Shown here: in pieces, positions 29,601-38,936 of the stretch
How positions within the stretch are numbered: the first letter of the stretch is position 1
Layout of the letters: each line of letters opens with the position of its first letter
DNA from: a virus
Reading direction: 5' to 3' (one strand)
Virus record (IMG/VR): IMGVR_UViG_3300023301_001182
Coordinates: 1 to 64,000 of that record
DNA: 64,000 bases
Notes under the pieces: model-generated
Told to the model about the DNA's origin: nothing
The model's input: only the letters and a program-made list of their open reading frames with translations
Databases searched by the model: none
Translations under genes and position numbers: made by a program

Positions 29601-31019
29601 TATCAATGGTTTGTTAGAAATGGTTTAAATGATCACATTAGAGCTCATGTAAGTAACTTAGAGGGCGTAGATACCATATTTATGAAAAACTTCTTTAAAC
29701 ATAGCTTAAAAGACGATCAGATAGTATCAAAGGTCTTCAACAGTATGAAAGATAGAAATTATATTCGTGATGTATTCGGATTTGTTTTAAAGGATAAAGA
29801 TAATGTTAAGAGTTATGTTAAACAAGACGTAGAGGTTAGTAAAGATATGCTTGGAGAACCAATTTATAAAGCTAGATTATATGAATTAGTTGGATATACT
29901 AAGGATAATAAACCTGTATATATGGCTACATCTTCTAAAGGGAGTGTAGATAAAAAAGGTTTTAAAGTTTATGAATATTCACCTATTGAATCAGATAATA
30001 GTATCTTTAGTAAAAATAATGTAAAAGTACCTATAAAGAGACAAGATGAAATTAATAGATATATAGCTCCTAAACAAGATATAGTTAATAGTAGTCCAGT
30101 GGCTAATGTAGAAATAGATATTGTGAATGATAATGATGTAGTAGTTGAGAAGGAAATAGAGGATTTAATAGAACCTAAGACTTTAAAAGAATATGCAGAT
30201 AAATATAATATTAGATTTTATCAAAATAGAGAAATTGTTACACAAGAAGATATTGATTATTATGATGGTCAATTAAAAAGGTTACTGGATGGTGGCTCAT
30301 TTAAATATGCAATGTTTGAATTTTTTGAAAATACTACAAATTTGAGAAATAAATCTTCTTTTAAACGTTACTATGATAAACTAATAGAAAAAGGATTTAA
30401 ACCAGTAGAAGGGAAAGAATATATATTATCTAAAGGGGGTGTAAACCCTATAGATGAATTTAATAAAGAATATAGAATAGGGAAAGTAAGTAATATAGTA
30501 GATACTTCTGAAATATATCAAAAAAGAAATATATTTACAGTAAAACCTATACAAGCAGTAGATAAAAAAGCTATATCTAAAGCAAGTATAGCTACACAAT
30601 ATATAGGATTTGCTGAAGGAATTGAAGGTAGTTCTACAGCTTTATATGCTAAACAAGCAGGTGATGTTGCTAATACAGGAGTTTATAACTTTAATGATGT
30701 AATATTTGTATCTGTAGGTGGAAAAAGAGGTACTGAAGTTATAAGACAAAAACAACAGGATAAGACTATTATAGAAGCTATTAAAGCATTAGAAAAGGGT
30801 GCTACTCTACTTACTGATAATAAAGAATATGTAGACAATAATCCTTATAATGAGGGAGAAAAGAAACTTAAATCTAAACTAGAAAGTGAAAGATATAACT
30901 ATTCTGAAATTATAGTAGATGAAAATAAAATAGGAGTTTGGAATAAAGTAAATAATAAAAAAATAAAACCAATAGATCCAAATCAACTGGATATATTTAA
31001 TAACGAAGATAACTGTTAA
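23649..31019 (+). CDS. Virion-packaged double-psi-beta-barrel RNA polymerase (crAss-like)
   Basis: 2456 aa; catalytic TGSDFDIDK (DFDID at 27705-27719), GYRIPNQ, TDAQAWIT, KRIPA, AFVDIAKDP. Confidence 0.92.
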   Translation: MACTRQTKINKQPSILFDTLFSISNDESLAEEQLAHFESDAFKEDFAKDTSTGKVIDWVEDSRKPIHRREINQNRVDENGEPLLIFDNKYGKYYYLNKDNSKIYYPKAVSELNSSYTNQAIRDITKKLALNFVKDRLSDNFNEFDFSKKEGTIRKSINGKIRERSTELVNSGDFEQFIKGNQLLESLDNIDEWVRNVEDYFREIKLVYKETTDIEDQDAEETEERGQSWGTASFEKSTKNNITANIKLSLSLLQNEGTKDDLFFENEFRDFSEVYSTLSGVLTNRTAKTGEDLFETYLNEVFKLIPKKPYLAQLHEQLKKMNDYKKAEFVSAFNLHKNLYYGTVFNITSEEVYNDNKDKIGDKFTIKHDVLNLSNVGAKDRFVKNGWYHNFIKIFSNKNNIIDAESYVNLTKGSVDFTKFNNNLKLTISEYDSFDDLDPIVTELFSYLEKIGVVTTKEGVQHYLDGLNSEKVDIDTYKANIIKLSSDTKFLLTRLADKTINLNRVNPFDDQDELKNLAKAEAFYISEMSDASIFAGGKSRWLYSYPSYLSSKIQSWRNDRSLLLAHYELDKLSSSSHYMHNLLALDIEDITERLRTSQERLDEFQLAIFNTLQEEEKTSDVVDNKTITKNDFFADTYNKLLSFKKSTSNGVINTTTPADKGTQYQFKASKGMLFTSNARYVNEKVIIDDKGLNILFDHVKGEFERIKSTQRELNFAEETGDRSNLKMYKHIQEDESRPNGLNFASFPSLNFNTFNHEKSGFSLYKADGKPIDFDLETVKDLIMPIIEDVISKDIEATNKHLRDAGITAFDENGITINRAIDNQIWESYGDINTGLKVAGDIYINGLISQLEYSKMFAGDVAYYKNMMDYKKRIPATYSDGLQLYLRAGKEFFNVAVIEGVEVSVPYMAELIELVGEEIASNYTKVNSTDAQAWITPERWRFLKQRLGKWSEIDDIVYDKLTEVNEEPFTLEELKHAAQPLKGVYFEINNGAPVYLKYSQAVLLPQIVKNNPELQKFKDKMDVKNIDELITIDGIKVGANIPVKTHDINGNVLNDFELTTIQLKNSGWKLQQDLPTKGFKDTAVGSQIQKNIFTGLAFNKEELFLVDDEELTGGELIDHINDIVGLLSNKGVANLKKEFGIGSDNKITNINKLNKVLIDELKSRGSSQNVINALESGLSPFGIPGSQQKLQNIFASIATKRIVKIKTNGGSFIQIANYGYTNDQANSKGVIWTPWAKDKTHEPEFLKNEDGSFKLSESGKKIVRPGGILISGSFIAKYVPGYEKMSHEELFGTKESNYTDGLIDRKILDNIVGYRIPNQALASNDALEIVGILPPGVGDSVVAYTGITKKTGSDFDIDKMYLMMGSFKATFKNAKKIRDYANNQLRGDTILKTAENIADLLDQLDSEIETDINADDIASMMFSKSDKDLKNQEINNLINILLKNKIENPFITELKTKIPGFNKIGRLVYSTPRSNNLGEMSKDELQNKLIEAYKSVLTNSSVIQNVMTPIDYDFIKDDILQLFPRQEEKDLFHFNITEDINLKYQFSAGKAGVGQTANTMMDHIRGSMADLSFHKYYLGIGEFRIKDGIKETIFDTKETSKDIKEKGNNQKRIKITDSLSAILNAFVDIAKDPYITRGNWNTQTANVGFMLLRAGVHPFHVNALLGQPILKEYVEFVTNSESKINNDTGNLSKKFLKEKFGEEKPSLKIDPLFDIGDFTLKELRSQIANTESDEFIQKNIFKTFIEWQNQSKKVGENNKASKFDVEGYGKNVTSLIVYKNLINKLLITGEYEAGNFKGFASKLKKDGKNTFLAHYKEGIIDFIGDVMVANPGTFLVAQPDIIDTFNEISKGVTGDVLTNDELATKLETAYYSYLMSGFKPFDVTNEDKAVLLESIIKDLSNYKKGSKNILIQELDIKLAERVDGKETFFIGMNNRKKSVTYETDLIAAWLDLIEDNPKLAEDLIKYSYITSGFQMNMNQFYNLIPYQWFVRNGLNDHIRAHVSNLEGVDTIFMKNFFKHSLKDDQIVSKVFNSMKDRNYIRDVFGFVLKDKDNVKSYVKQDVEVSKDMLGEPIYKARLYELVGYTKDNKPVYMATSSKGSVDKKGFKVYEYSPIESDNSIFSKNNVKVPIKRQDEINRYIAPKQDIVNSSPVANVEIDIVNDNDVVVEKEIEDLIEPKTLKEYADKYNIRFYQNREIVTQEDIDYYDGQLKRLLDGGSFKYAMFEFFENTTNLRNKSSFKRYYDKLIEKGFKPVEGKEYILSKGGVNPIDEFNKEYRIGKVSNIVDTSEIYQKRNIFTVKPIQAVDKKAISKASIATQYIGFAEGIEGSSTALYAKQAGDVANTGVYNFNDVIFVSVGGKRGTEVIRQKQQDKTIIEAIKALEKGATLLTDNKEYVDNNPYNEGEKKLKSKLESERYNYSEIIVDENKIGVWNKVNNKKIKPIDPNQLDIFNNEDNC

Positions 31020-31022
31020 AAA

Positions 31023-34000
31023 ATGGGATGTCCAATAAAAGTAAAATTAATCAACGACTTAATAGATAAGGGAGCTATTAATAGTAAAGAAGAGGTTATT
31101 AATTTAGCCAAATTTAAAGATTTAAATGAATCATATACCAAATTAGCTAATGGAGAGTATGATGTAAATACCTATGGTAAAGATTTATTTACTGTAGAAG
31201 ATATATCTGTTAAAGGTAGGTCTATTACTAAAATTATCCCTAATACTACAGTTTTAGATTTAATGACAGATGTTGTTGAAGATAGTAAAGTAGAAGAGAC
31301 TGTTAATGAAGAAGTTATTATTGATAAAAAAAATATAACAGATTTACTTGATGAAAGTGCAGATAACTTCTTATATACTGTAGAAGAATCAGTACAAACT
31401 GAAACCACTGATCCTAATATAAATAGTAAAATATTATTTGATAATCAAGATAGAACTTTTACAGCTAAAGAAGTGTTAGATAATATTAAACTAAATTATT
31501 CTGGATTGAATGAAGGTGTTATTGCTTTAATTGATAAATTATTACCAAAGTTATATACTACTAATTCTAAGATTAAATTTGTATCAGAAGCAACATTATC
31601 TAACACTAATGATGTAATGGAGTATAATCCTATTACAAATGAAGTTTTAATATCAAAAGATAGATTAGAAAAGTATAATACAGAAACTGTAATAGCTTCT
31701 TTTTTACACGAAGTAATTCATAGTACTGTTATTAAAGCCTATAAGAATCCTGTTACTATGGAAGAAAAGATGTTTAAATCTTTCATAGATGATATATTTG
31801 CAAAGTATAAGGATACTGCAGATTTCAAAGAACAAGGGTTTGATAATGAAATGGAATTCATGGCTAAGATAATGACTGATTCTGAGTTTCAAGATAAAAT
31901 TAAGAACACTGAAAGTCTTTGGGATAGAATAGTAGATTATATTAGAACACTTATAGGGTTACCTAAAAATAGTGAATATAATAATATTATAGAGGAGATA
32001 ACTAAAGTTATAGAAGAGAGTAATTATGTAGGTGGTATAAATGATATGTTATATCAAAGCAGAGCTGAACGTAATTATTATGATATATCATCTACAGAAA
32101 AAAGACAGAAGAAAGTATTAGATGGTATTAAAGATAATTTAGAAGAGAGTGTTAGAAGATATGACAATCTTATTAAAAAATTAAAAGACCCAAGTAAATT
32201 ATCTAAATATTCAGATAAATTAAAAGACATTTTTGATAATTTAGAAAATTTTGATGATACACAAGAATGGTTAGCAATTAGTACATTTGTTGGTCAATTA
32301 AGTAGAAATATTAATAATTTAAAAGAAAGTTTTAATAAAGTAGATATTACAGCAGATGATATAGAGAAAACTGTTAATTTATACGATAAATATTTAACAT
32401 CACATTCTTTAATAGAAGAAATATCTGATTTTGTATCTAAAGCTAAAGCTGATGAACATTTTTCAATTAGTAGGGAAGATATAATAAAACTACAAAATGA
32501 CCTATCTATTGCTAAAGGAGAATATGATGCTTTGAAAAAAGATATTCAAAGTATGAAAGAAAAATTTGCAACAAATCTTTTAAATAATAGAAAATATGCT
32601 TCAGAAGTATTACATAAATGGGAAATTAAATTAGGTAAAAAATATAATACTTTAGGACTTAAAGAAAATAAAACTAATTGGGTAGGTAGACAAATGAATA
32701 CTATCTATAAAGAAGAAATTGATGCAGATGTTAAAGAAAATGCTAATAAATTAGTTAATAATGTAGATTATGATATTACTAAGTTAACAGGATTATTTGT
32801 ATCTGGGATTAGCACTAATTCCAAGTTAATTAAAATCATGCAAAATCTTGTAAATGAAGTTAGGGGAAATATTATTAAAACAATTAGAAATAAAGACTTT
32901 GAATTAAAACCTATCTTTGATAAATTTGTAAAAGCTAAAGGAAATAGTTCTCCATCTGTAATGAATAAAAATATTTTAGAATATGATAAAGATGGTACTG
33001 CTTATTTAAAAGGTGATTATAAATTAGAATTTAGAGAATTATATCAAACTAAATTAAAGGATTATAATGCTGAAAAAATAGCAGTTGAATCTAAATTTGG
33101 AATTGCTTCCTCTGAGTATCAAAAATTATATATTGATTCTGAGTTTAAAAATTGGGTTGATAATAATACTATTACTATATCAGATGAAATGGGTAATGAA
33201 TATAAAAGACCTATTGATAAGTGGAAGAATGATTTATCAAAATTACCTATAGAAGATAGAGAGGTTATTGAGGCATTTAGAAAGATTTCACAAGATAGCA
33301 ATAAGTCTACATTTAAAATACAATCTTTAATTAGTAAACCTTTATTTGGTGGTAGATACTATAGTTTACCTGTAGCTACTAAAACCGATTTAGAAAGAGT
33401 ATTAGAGAAACAAGTTGTTGGTACTATAAAAGATAAATGGTATGATTTAACTAAGGTTAGACCTGATGATATAGGTTATGAAATTATTAATACAGATTTA
33501 GCTGGAAAACCTATTTATAATGTTAAAATACATTATAGGGGTAAGTTAGATCCGTCTCAACAATCCTTAGATGTATTTACTTTATATAGGCTAGAAGCTA
33601 GAAATGGTATAAGCTTTGAAGAGAAGCACAATGCTGAAACTAATGTTAATATGTTAGTAGATATTTCTAAACATAAAGAATACTATCGTAGTACTGGTAC
33701 TAGAGTACCATTTTTAAATATAAATATTAATAGAAATAAAGAAGCTACTAAAAAAGGAGAAGAGTCTAATACATATAAAAGAATGATATCATTGATGGAA
33801 TCAAATATTTATGATATATTATATAAAGATGCTGGAAAGACTGGTAAAATAGATAATAATAAAGCTGTTGCATTAGCTATAGGGTGGACAGCTAAAGTTG
33901 GTTTATGGATGGCTGGCGTAGCTGGTTCTGTTAATGTATTAAATGGTAAAGCTCAGTTATTTTTAGAAACTATTGCTGGTACAAGTATTACTAGAAGATC

Positions 34001-35174
34001 GTTAGGAGTAGCTGAGAAAAACTACTTTAAAGATATAAAAGCAAATATGCAAGATTTGACTAACCCAATTAAAACATCTTTTACCAATCAAGTAAATGAA
34101 ATGTTTGATACTTTTGGTACAATAAGTGTTAAAGTAGAGCAAGCATTTATAAGAAATACATTGGCCAAATCAGTATTAGATACACAATCTTTACAATTTG
34201 TACAAGAAAGTGGAGAACATTGGATGCAATCTACTTTAACTCAAGGTGTTTTAGAAGATATAAAAGTTATGGATAAAAATAATAACTTCTTAACTAAAAC
34301 TGGAGAAATAACTACAGAGGAAAACGGAGCATCTATGTTGGATATGCTGTTTAAAAATCCTATTACTGAGCAATTAGAATTAAACCCAAAAGTAGTTTAT
34401 ACCACTAGAAGCATTGGGGTGAAATATAATGAAGGCGGTAAAGAAATAGTTACTAGTCTTATAAAATTAAAGATATTACAAACAATGGGTAATTATGATA
34501 AAAATATGCAACCCGAGGCTATGCGGCATGCTCAATATAAAATGCTTATGACATTTAGAAGATACTTTGTAGAATTAGGGATAAATAGATTTAGAGGTTT
34601 TTCTCGTGTAGATATAGCAAGTAAAGATTTATTTGATGAAGAGAAATTTTATTCAGAAGAAGAACAAGAGTATATAGAGGGAATGTATACTACAACTATA
34701 CGATATATAATTCCAATTATAAAATCTTTAAATTATAAATTAGTCTCTACAAATTGGAAAGAATTATCAGATTATGAAAAAAGTAATATTCATAAAACTA
34801 TTGTAGAAGTAGCTATAACTAGTGCTGTATTACCAGCTATTGGTGCATTATTAGCAGCTTTAAAAGGAGATGATGATGATGAACGTATTTGGTTTTTAAT
34901 GTTAATTAATAGAAGATTACAATCTGAATTATCTTCTTTTAGGAGTTTAAGTGAACAATATAAAATACTTGAATCCCCTATACCATCTATGAGGATGTTA
35001 GAAAATGCTACTAGGGTGATAGGTGATATAGCACAACCTTTGAATTGGAATGAAAGGGATAGTAAAGATAGATTAAAAATTATAAAAGATTTTAAGAAAA
35101 TAACTCCAATCATAAATTCTACTAATTCTACATATAAACAAAAATATCAATATTTAATATATATGACAAATTAA
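31023..35174 (+). CDS. Giant virion cargo protein with zincin-like HExxH domain
   Basis: 1383 aa; FLHEVIHS..NEMEFMAKIMTD..F zincin-like signature; hydrophobic C-terminal helices. Confidence 0.65.
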   Translation: MGCPIKVKLINDLIDKGAINSKEEVINLAKFKDLNESYTKLANGEYDVNTYGKDLFTVEDISVKGRSITKIIPNTTVLDLMTDVVEDSKVEETVNEEVIIDKKNITDLLDESADNFLYTVEESVQTETTDPNINSKILFDNQDRTFTAKEVLDNIKLNYSGLNEGVIALIDKLLPKLYTTNSKIKFVSEATLSNTNDVMEYNPITNEVLISKDRLEKYNTETVIASFLHEVIHSTVIKAYKNPVTMEEKMFKSFIDDIFAKYKDTADFKEQGFDNEMEFMAKIMTDSEFQDKIKNTESLWDRIVDYIRTLIGLPKNSEYNNIIEEITKVIEESNYVGGINDMLYQSRAERNYYDISSTEKRQKKVLDGIKDNLEESVRRYDNLIKKLKDPSKLSKYSDKLKDIFDNLENFDDTQEWLAISTFVGQLSRNINNLKESFNKVDITADDIEKTVNLYDKYLTSHSLIEEISDFVSKAKADEHFSISREDIIKLQNDLSIAKGEYDALKKDIQSMKEKFATNLLNNRKYASEVLHKWEIKLGKKYNTLGLKENKTNWVGRQMNTIYKEEIDADVKENANKLVNNVDYDITKLTGLFVSGISTNSKLIKIMQNLVNEVRGNIIKTIRNKDFELKPIFDKFVKAKGNSSPSVMNKNILEYDKDGTAYLKGDYKLEFRELYQTKLKDYNAEKIAVESKFGIASSEYQKLYIDSEFKNWVDNNTITISDEMGNEYKRPIDKWKNDLSKLPIEDREVIEAFRKISQDSNKSTFKIQSLISKPLFGGRYYSLPVATKTDLERVLEKQVVGTIKDKWYDLTKVRPDDIGYEIINTDLAGKPIYNVKIHYRGKLDPSQQSLDVFTLYRLEARNGISFEEKHNAETNVNMLVDISKHKEYYRSTGTRVPFLNININRNKEATKKGEESNTYKRMISLMESNIYDILYKDAGKTGKIDNNKAVALAIGWTAKVGLWMAGVAGSVNVLNGKAQLFLETIAGTSITRRSLGVAEKNYFKDIKANMQDLTNPIKTSFTNQVNEMFDTFGTISVKVEQAFIRNTLAKSVLDTQSLQFVQESGEHWMQSTLTQGVLEDIKVMDKNNNFLTKTGEITTEENGASMLDMLFKNPITEQLELNPKVVYTTRSIGVKYNEGGKEIVTSLIKLKILQTMGNYDKNMQPEAMRHAQYKMLMTFRRYFVELGINRFRGFSRVDIASKDLFDEEKFYSEEEQEYIEGMYTTTIRYIIPIIKSLNYKLVSTNWKELSDYEKSNIHKTIVEVAITSAVLPAIGALLAALKGDDDDERIWFLMLINRRLQSELSSFRSLSEQYKILESPIPSMRMLENATRVIGDIAQPLNWNERDSKDRLKIIKDFKKITPIINSTNSTYKQKYQYLIYMTN

Positions 35175-35204
35175 AGAAAAGGTCAAAAATTTTAGAAAAA
35201 GTCT

Positions 35205-35254
35205 AAAAAAAGAAAGGGAATTCCAAATTGATGGTTTTCCCTTTTCTTATTTCT
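35205..35254. terminator. Bidirectional intrinsic terminator between convergent gene blocks
   Basis: AAAAAAAGAAAGGGAA-ttccaaattgatggtt-TTCCCTTTTCTTATTTCT inverted repeat at the strand switch. Confidence 0.7.
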
Positions 35255-35256
35255 AT

Positions 35257-35886
35257 TTACCACATAAATGAGCCGTCACTACAAATATTACTATTTCCAG
35301 TATTAGAAACAGCATTACCTCTTACAGAAGTAGTATTTCCAGTCCTAATTTGTTCCCAAATTCCTGGTCCACCTGTACCATTATTACTGATAGTAATAGG
35401 CTGTGTGACTGCAGCTCTTTGTTGAGCTGGTGTATTAAATATATCTCTTACAGCATCTTCAATCTCGTCAATATCTGTTTCATATTTACCACAATTACCT
35501 TTCCATTTAAGTAACATCATAGTCATTTCTGAACCATTAGTGCTTTTATATGGTTGTTTAAAAACCACATCTAGATAAGGTTCTAGTACCTTATTAAGTT
35601 CCCTCATATAACGATTATGAACATCTACTAAGATTTGACTACAAGTGTTTCTTTGTAGAACTTCTATAAACTTTTTAATATCTTCATTAATGATAAGTCT
35701 TATATTTTGTGCTAACCCAATAGAGGATATTTGACAGTTTTGTGTAGGATGTCTTATTATCATTATATTCATACTATAATTATTAGGAGTTTTAAATCTT
35801 ATTTTAGTATCATAACCTTCTCCTTTATAACTTTCTACTACCACTGTAGTTGTTACCTTTTCTTTTTCAACTTCTTTTATCTCCAT
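35257..35886 (-). CDS. Hypothetical protein; weak similarity to intron-borne ORFs 60587/60930
   Basis: 209 aa; HPTQNCQISSIG motif. Confidence 0.5.
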   Translation of the reverse strand: MEIKEVEKEKVTTTVVVESYKGEGYDTKIRFKTPNNYSMNIMIIRHPTQNCQISSIGLAQNIRLIINEDIKKFIEVLQRNTCSQILVDVHNRYMRELNKVLEPYLDVVFKQPYKSTNGSEMTMMLLKWKGNCGKYETDIDEIEDAVRDIFNTPAQQRAAVTQPITISNNGTGGPGIWEQIRTGNTTSVRGNAVSNTGNSNICSDGSFMW

Positions 35887-35887
35887 A

Positions 35888-36808
35888 CTAATATATTCTA
35901 TTTACTTTAGTTCTTGTTAATAAATTCCATTGTATAGCATCAGCCAAATAATCTGGAAAATATTCATCGAAAGAACTCATTATTAATTTAAAATGTGTTA
36001 ACATATAAGTAGTTAACCATGGATTATTAGGTTGTGAACATCTAAACATTATAGCTTTCTTAAATAATCTAACTATATCCTGTGCAGTAGCATCAAACTC
36101 TACTAATTCATCTATAAGAAATTCATTAGCACAGTCAACATATAATCTTTCCATAATTAATTCTAATTTATTCTCATCAGAAAGACATTTCCATAACGCT
36201 TGTGATGGTTGTGTTTTACCTGATGTTAAACATAATAAACTATCTTGCCATAATGAAGAAGGTCTATCAAATTTAAAAAGGTCAAATAATGAATCTTCAG
36301 TAAATAAATCATAAGATTTATATTGATGTGGTATATAGCTTTGTTTATACCCCATTGCACCAAAGAATATTAAATACCTTGACCAAAGTTCTGTTCTCCT
36401 ATGCCATTTGTTTGGTACATCTTTCATATAGGTTTCATATATATGAGAATGTGTTTTAATGTTATCTTCCCAATCTTCAAGATTGCTACTTAAATATGTA
36501 GCTTTAGCTCTAGTCCAAGAGTATACAAATGACAATGGTGCAAGTGTAACTTTTGCCGTAGTATAAGCATGTTTTTTAAAACTTTCAAATACTGCAACTT
36601 TTGTAGCGTCATGTATTGTATAATACTTACCCTCTGTATGGTAAGTTACACTTGCATTATTTGTATGACAAACATCTTTTTCTTTTACTTTTAATTTTTC
36701 TTTTATATTTTTTAATTCTTCGTTGTTCCAACATATAAATTCATTAGGTGGAAGTTCGTCCTCTAACCCTAAATATATATTGTTGGCTGTTCGCCCTACT
36801 ATCATCAT
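35888..36808 (-). CDS. Hypothetical protein
   Basis: 306-aa ORF, tightly packed in the - strand operon. Confidence 0.6.
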   Translation of the reverse strand: MMIVGRTANNIYLGLEDELPPNEFICWNNEELKNIKEKLKVKEKDVCHTNNASVTYHTEGKYYTIHDATKVAVFESFKKHAYTTAKVTLAPLSFVYSWTRAKATYLSSNLEDWEDNIKTHSHIYETYMKDVPNKWHRRTELWSRYLIFFGAMGYKQSYIPHQYKSYDLFTEDSLFDLFKFDRPSSLWQDSLLCLTSGKTQPSQALWKCLSDENKLELIMERLYVDCANEFLIDELVEFDATAQDIVRLFKKAIMFRCSQPNNPWLTTYMLTHFKLIMSSFDEYFPDYLADAIQWNLLTRTKVNRIY

Positions 36809-36815
36809 AATGTTT

Positions 36816-38012
36816 CTATATTTTTAATGATGTTAAACATTCATTTATATTATTAAAATAGATAGGTTTTAGATTTTGTATTCCTTCTGTCATTTTAGAA
36901 AACCACACTTCTTCTTGTGTATCTTCTGTTAACAAAATAAATACATAACCTACTGTCCCATCATCTCTAAGTCTACCAATTCGTTGTATAAAATCTTTAT
37001 CTGTACTATAATATGACATTATTATACAGTTATCTAATCCTACTAAATTAGCACCTTGTTTAAGTTTTTTAAAACTTCCTATTATATTGATTTTTCCTGT
37101 ATCAAAAGCATATCTAATCCTATCATTAATTACTTCAGTATTCTTTGAACTAACTACATTAGGTGTTATTTTTAATAAACTTTCTAAACTATTACCAAAT
37201 ACAATAGTCTTTGTTGTTAGATGTTCTAGTAGTTTTTTAATAACTACTACTTTAGATTCTAAATTATAAAGAATACTACTACGTTTATAAGCAGATATTC
37301 TAATCTTTAGTCTTTTATCATCTTCATCTAATATATACCAAGCTCTCTTATGAATCTTATCCCAATAATCATAAGCTGCTTTTTCTGTTTGATAAAATCT
37401 CTTACTTTTACTTCCTGCTACTATATTCTTAGTATCACTATCCAATTTATGTAATATTACATATAATTGCAAAGAACGTGCAGTACCTTCTTTTTGTCCC
37501 TGATCAATCGAATATTTGAAACAAATAGGGGCTATACTTTTCAGTATCTCCCCTTTTGTCACCAATTTATCACTAATCATATATTTTACTGTCTTATTCA
37601 CTGTTGCGGATAATCCAATAATAGCATCATAACTATTATTTTTATAAAACTGCGAATAAGCTGGACTTAAAGAATCATGAACCTCATCGCATATCACTAA
37701 ACCATACTTATTACCTTTCAGTCTATAAGCAGATTGATAACATAGGAATTGTAAGTTATAATCATTTGTCACATCTCTATTGAATATTTTATTAAACTTT
37801 TTGATGTCAGCGATTAAATCTTTTTTTCTTCCTACTGTTTCTGCCAAAAAGAGATGTATTTTATTATCTCTAGGCATAGTATATAGGGCATGCAAACTAA
37901 TGAAGGTTTTACCAAGACCTGTGATTATCTCACAAGTCCCGATTTTACCTGCATCTTGCCAAGCTTGCAAAGCCTTTTGTTGAATTTCATCTTTTTGTTT
38001 GTTAATCATCAT
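36816..38012 (-). CDS. Superfamily 2 helicase (ResIII/DExH type)
   Basis: Q motif IQQKAL, TGLGKT, DEVH, GLSAT, QRIGR. Confidence 0.9.
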   Translation of the reverse strand: MMINKQKDEIQQKALQAWQDAGKIGTCEIITGLGKTFISLHALYTMPRDNKIHLFLAETVGRKKDLIADIKKFNKIFNRDVTNDYNLQFLCYQSAYRLKGNKYGLVICDEVHDSLSPAYSQFYKNNSYDAIIGLSATVNKTVKYMISDKLVTKGEILKSIAPICFKYSIDQGQKEGTARSLQLYVILHKLDSDTKNIVAGSKSKRFYQTEKAAYDYWDKIHKRAWYILDEDDKRLKIRISAYKRSSILYNLESKVVVIKKLLEHLTTKTIVFGNSLESLLKITPNVVSSKNTEVINDRIRYAFDTGKINIIGSFKKLKQGANLVGLDNCIIMSYYSTDKDFIQRIGRLRDDGTVGYVFILLTEDTQEEVWFSKMTEGIQNLKPIYFNNINECLTSLKI

Positions 38013-38262
38013 CTATTAACTTCTTCAAACTATAAGTACTATTTTTAGTTTTAAAAGTATTCTTGTCTATTAATTTAGTAACTATTGATGTATATAAATG
38101 TTCTCTAGGATGATCTTTTCCCGTACCAAAACGAAACCTTTCTCCTACTTTAGGAGAAGATATATATCTTCCAACCCAATACATACCTTCCAATATGAAA
38201 TTAGGATGATGATCATTAAATACATCATCAGTTAATTTTTCTAATTTATACATAATTTTCAT
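38002..38262 (-). CDS. Small hypothetical protein
   Basis: 86 aa; P.VGERF..TS.V..F.T.NS.Y pattern recalled from small phage proteins. Confidence 0.55.
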   Translation of the reverse strand: MKIMYKLEKLTDDVFNDHHPNFILEGMYWVGRYISSPKVGERFRFGTGKDHPREHLYTSIVTKLIDKNTFKTKNSTYSLKKLIDDD

Positions 38263-38936
38263 AGTTTTAATATATTACCATTACTACTAAGTACACCAAA
38301 TTTACCATCAGTTACTACACTTCCATTACTAAAAATAGTATCTTGAATTGATAATTTCATTGTACCAGCATTAATAATATCTTTATTATTATGAATATGA
38401 CCAAATAACATAAGTTTAGGTTGTACCACTAACATTCTTTTCATTAATGCACTACAACCACATCTTTCAATATAATTATTAAAATCATGAGAGTTATCAA
38501 GTATTCCTTTAGGTGGACCATGTACTACTACTATATCAGAATCATCTGGTATAGTCTTCCATAGTTTATCTAATTTATCCCTTTTTCTCATAAAAGACCA
38601 ATTACCAAAAGTAGGAGTATATGGACTTCCCCATATTTTAATACCTTCTATTGTTATATCTTCATTTTCTAAATATATTATATTTAATTCTTTACATAGT
38701 TCTCTAAATTTCTTTGACCATTTATAAGCCAAAGTATCATGATTACCTGAAATAAGAACTTTATATTTAATATCTAATTTAGAATACCAATATAGAAAAT
38801 TATGAGATTCACCTTCATTTTTATATACATCAAATGAATGACTATAATCTCCTGAATGTATTATCATATCTATATCATTAGGTATTTTTAGTAATTCATG
38901 ATATCCATGAGTGTCAGAAATATGATAAATTATCAT
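38259..38936 (-). CDS. Metallophosphoesterase (MPPED/239FB-like)
   Basis: SDTH, HSGD, GNHD, HGPP and FGHIH motifs. Confidence 0.9.
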   Translation of the reverse strand: MIIYHISDTHGYHELLKIPNDIDMIIHSGDYSHSFDVYKNEGESHNFLYWYSKLDIKYKVLISGNHDTLAYKWSKKFRELCKELNIIYLENEDITIEGIKIWGSPYTPTFGNWSFMRKRDKLDKLWKTIPDDSDIVVVHGPPKGILDNSHDFNNYIERCGCSALMKRMLVVQPKLMLFGHIHNNKDIINAGTMKLSIQDTIFSNGSVVTDGKFGVLSSNGNILKL

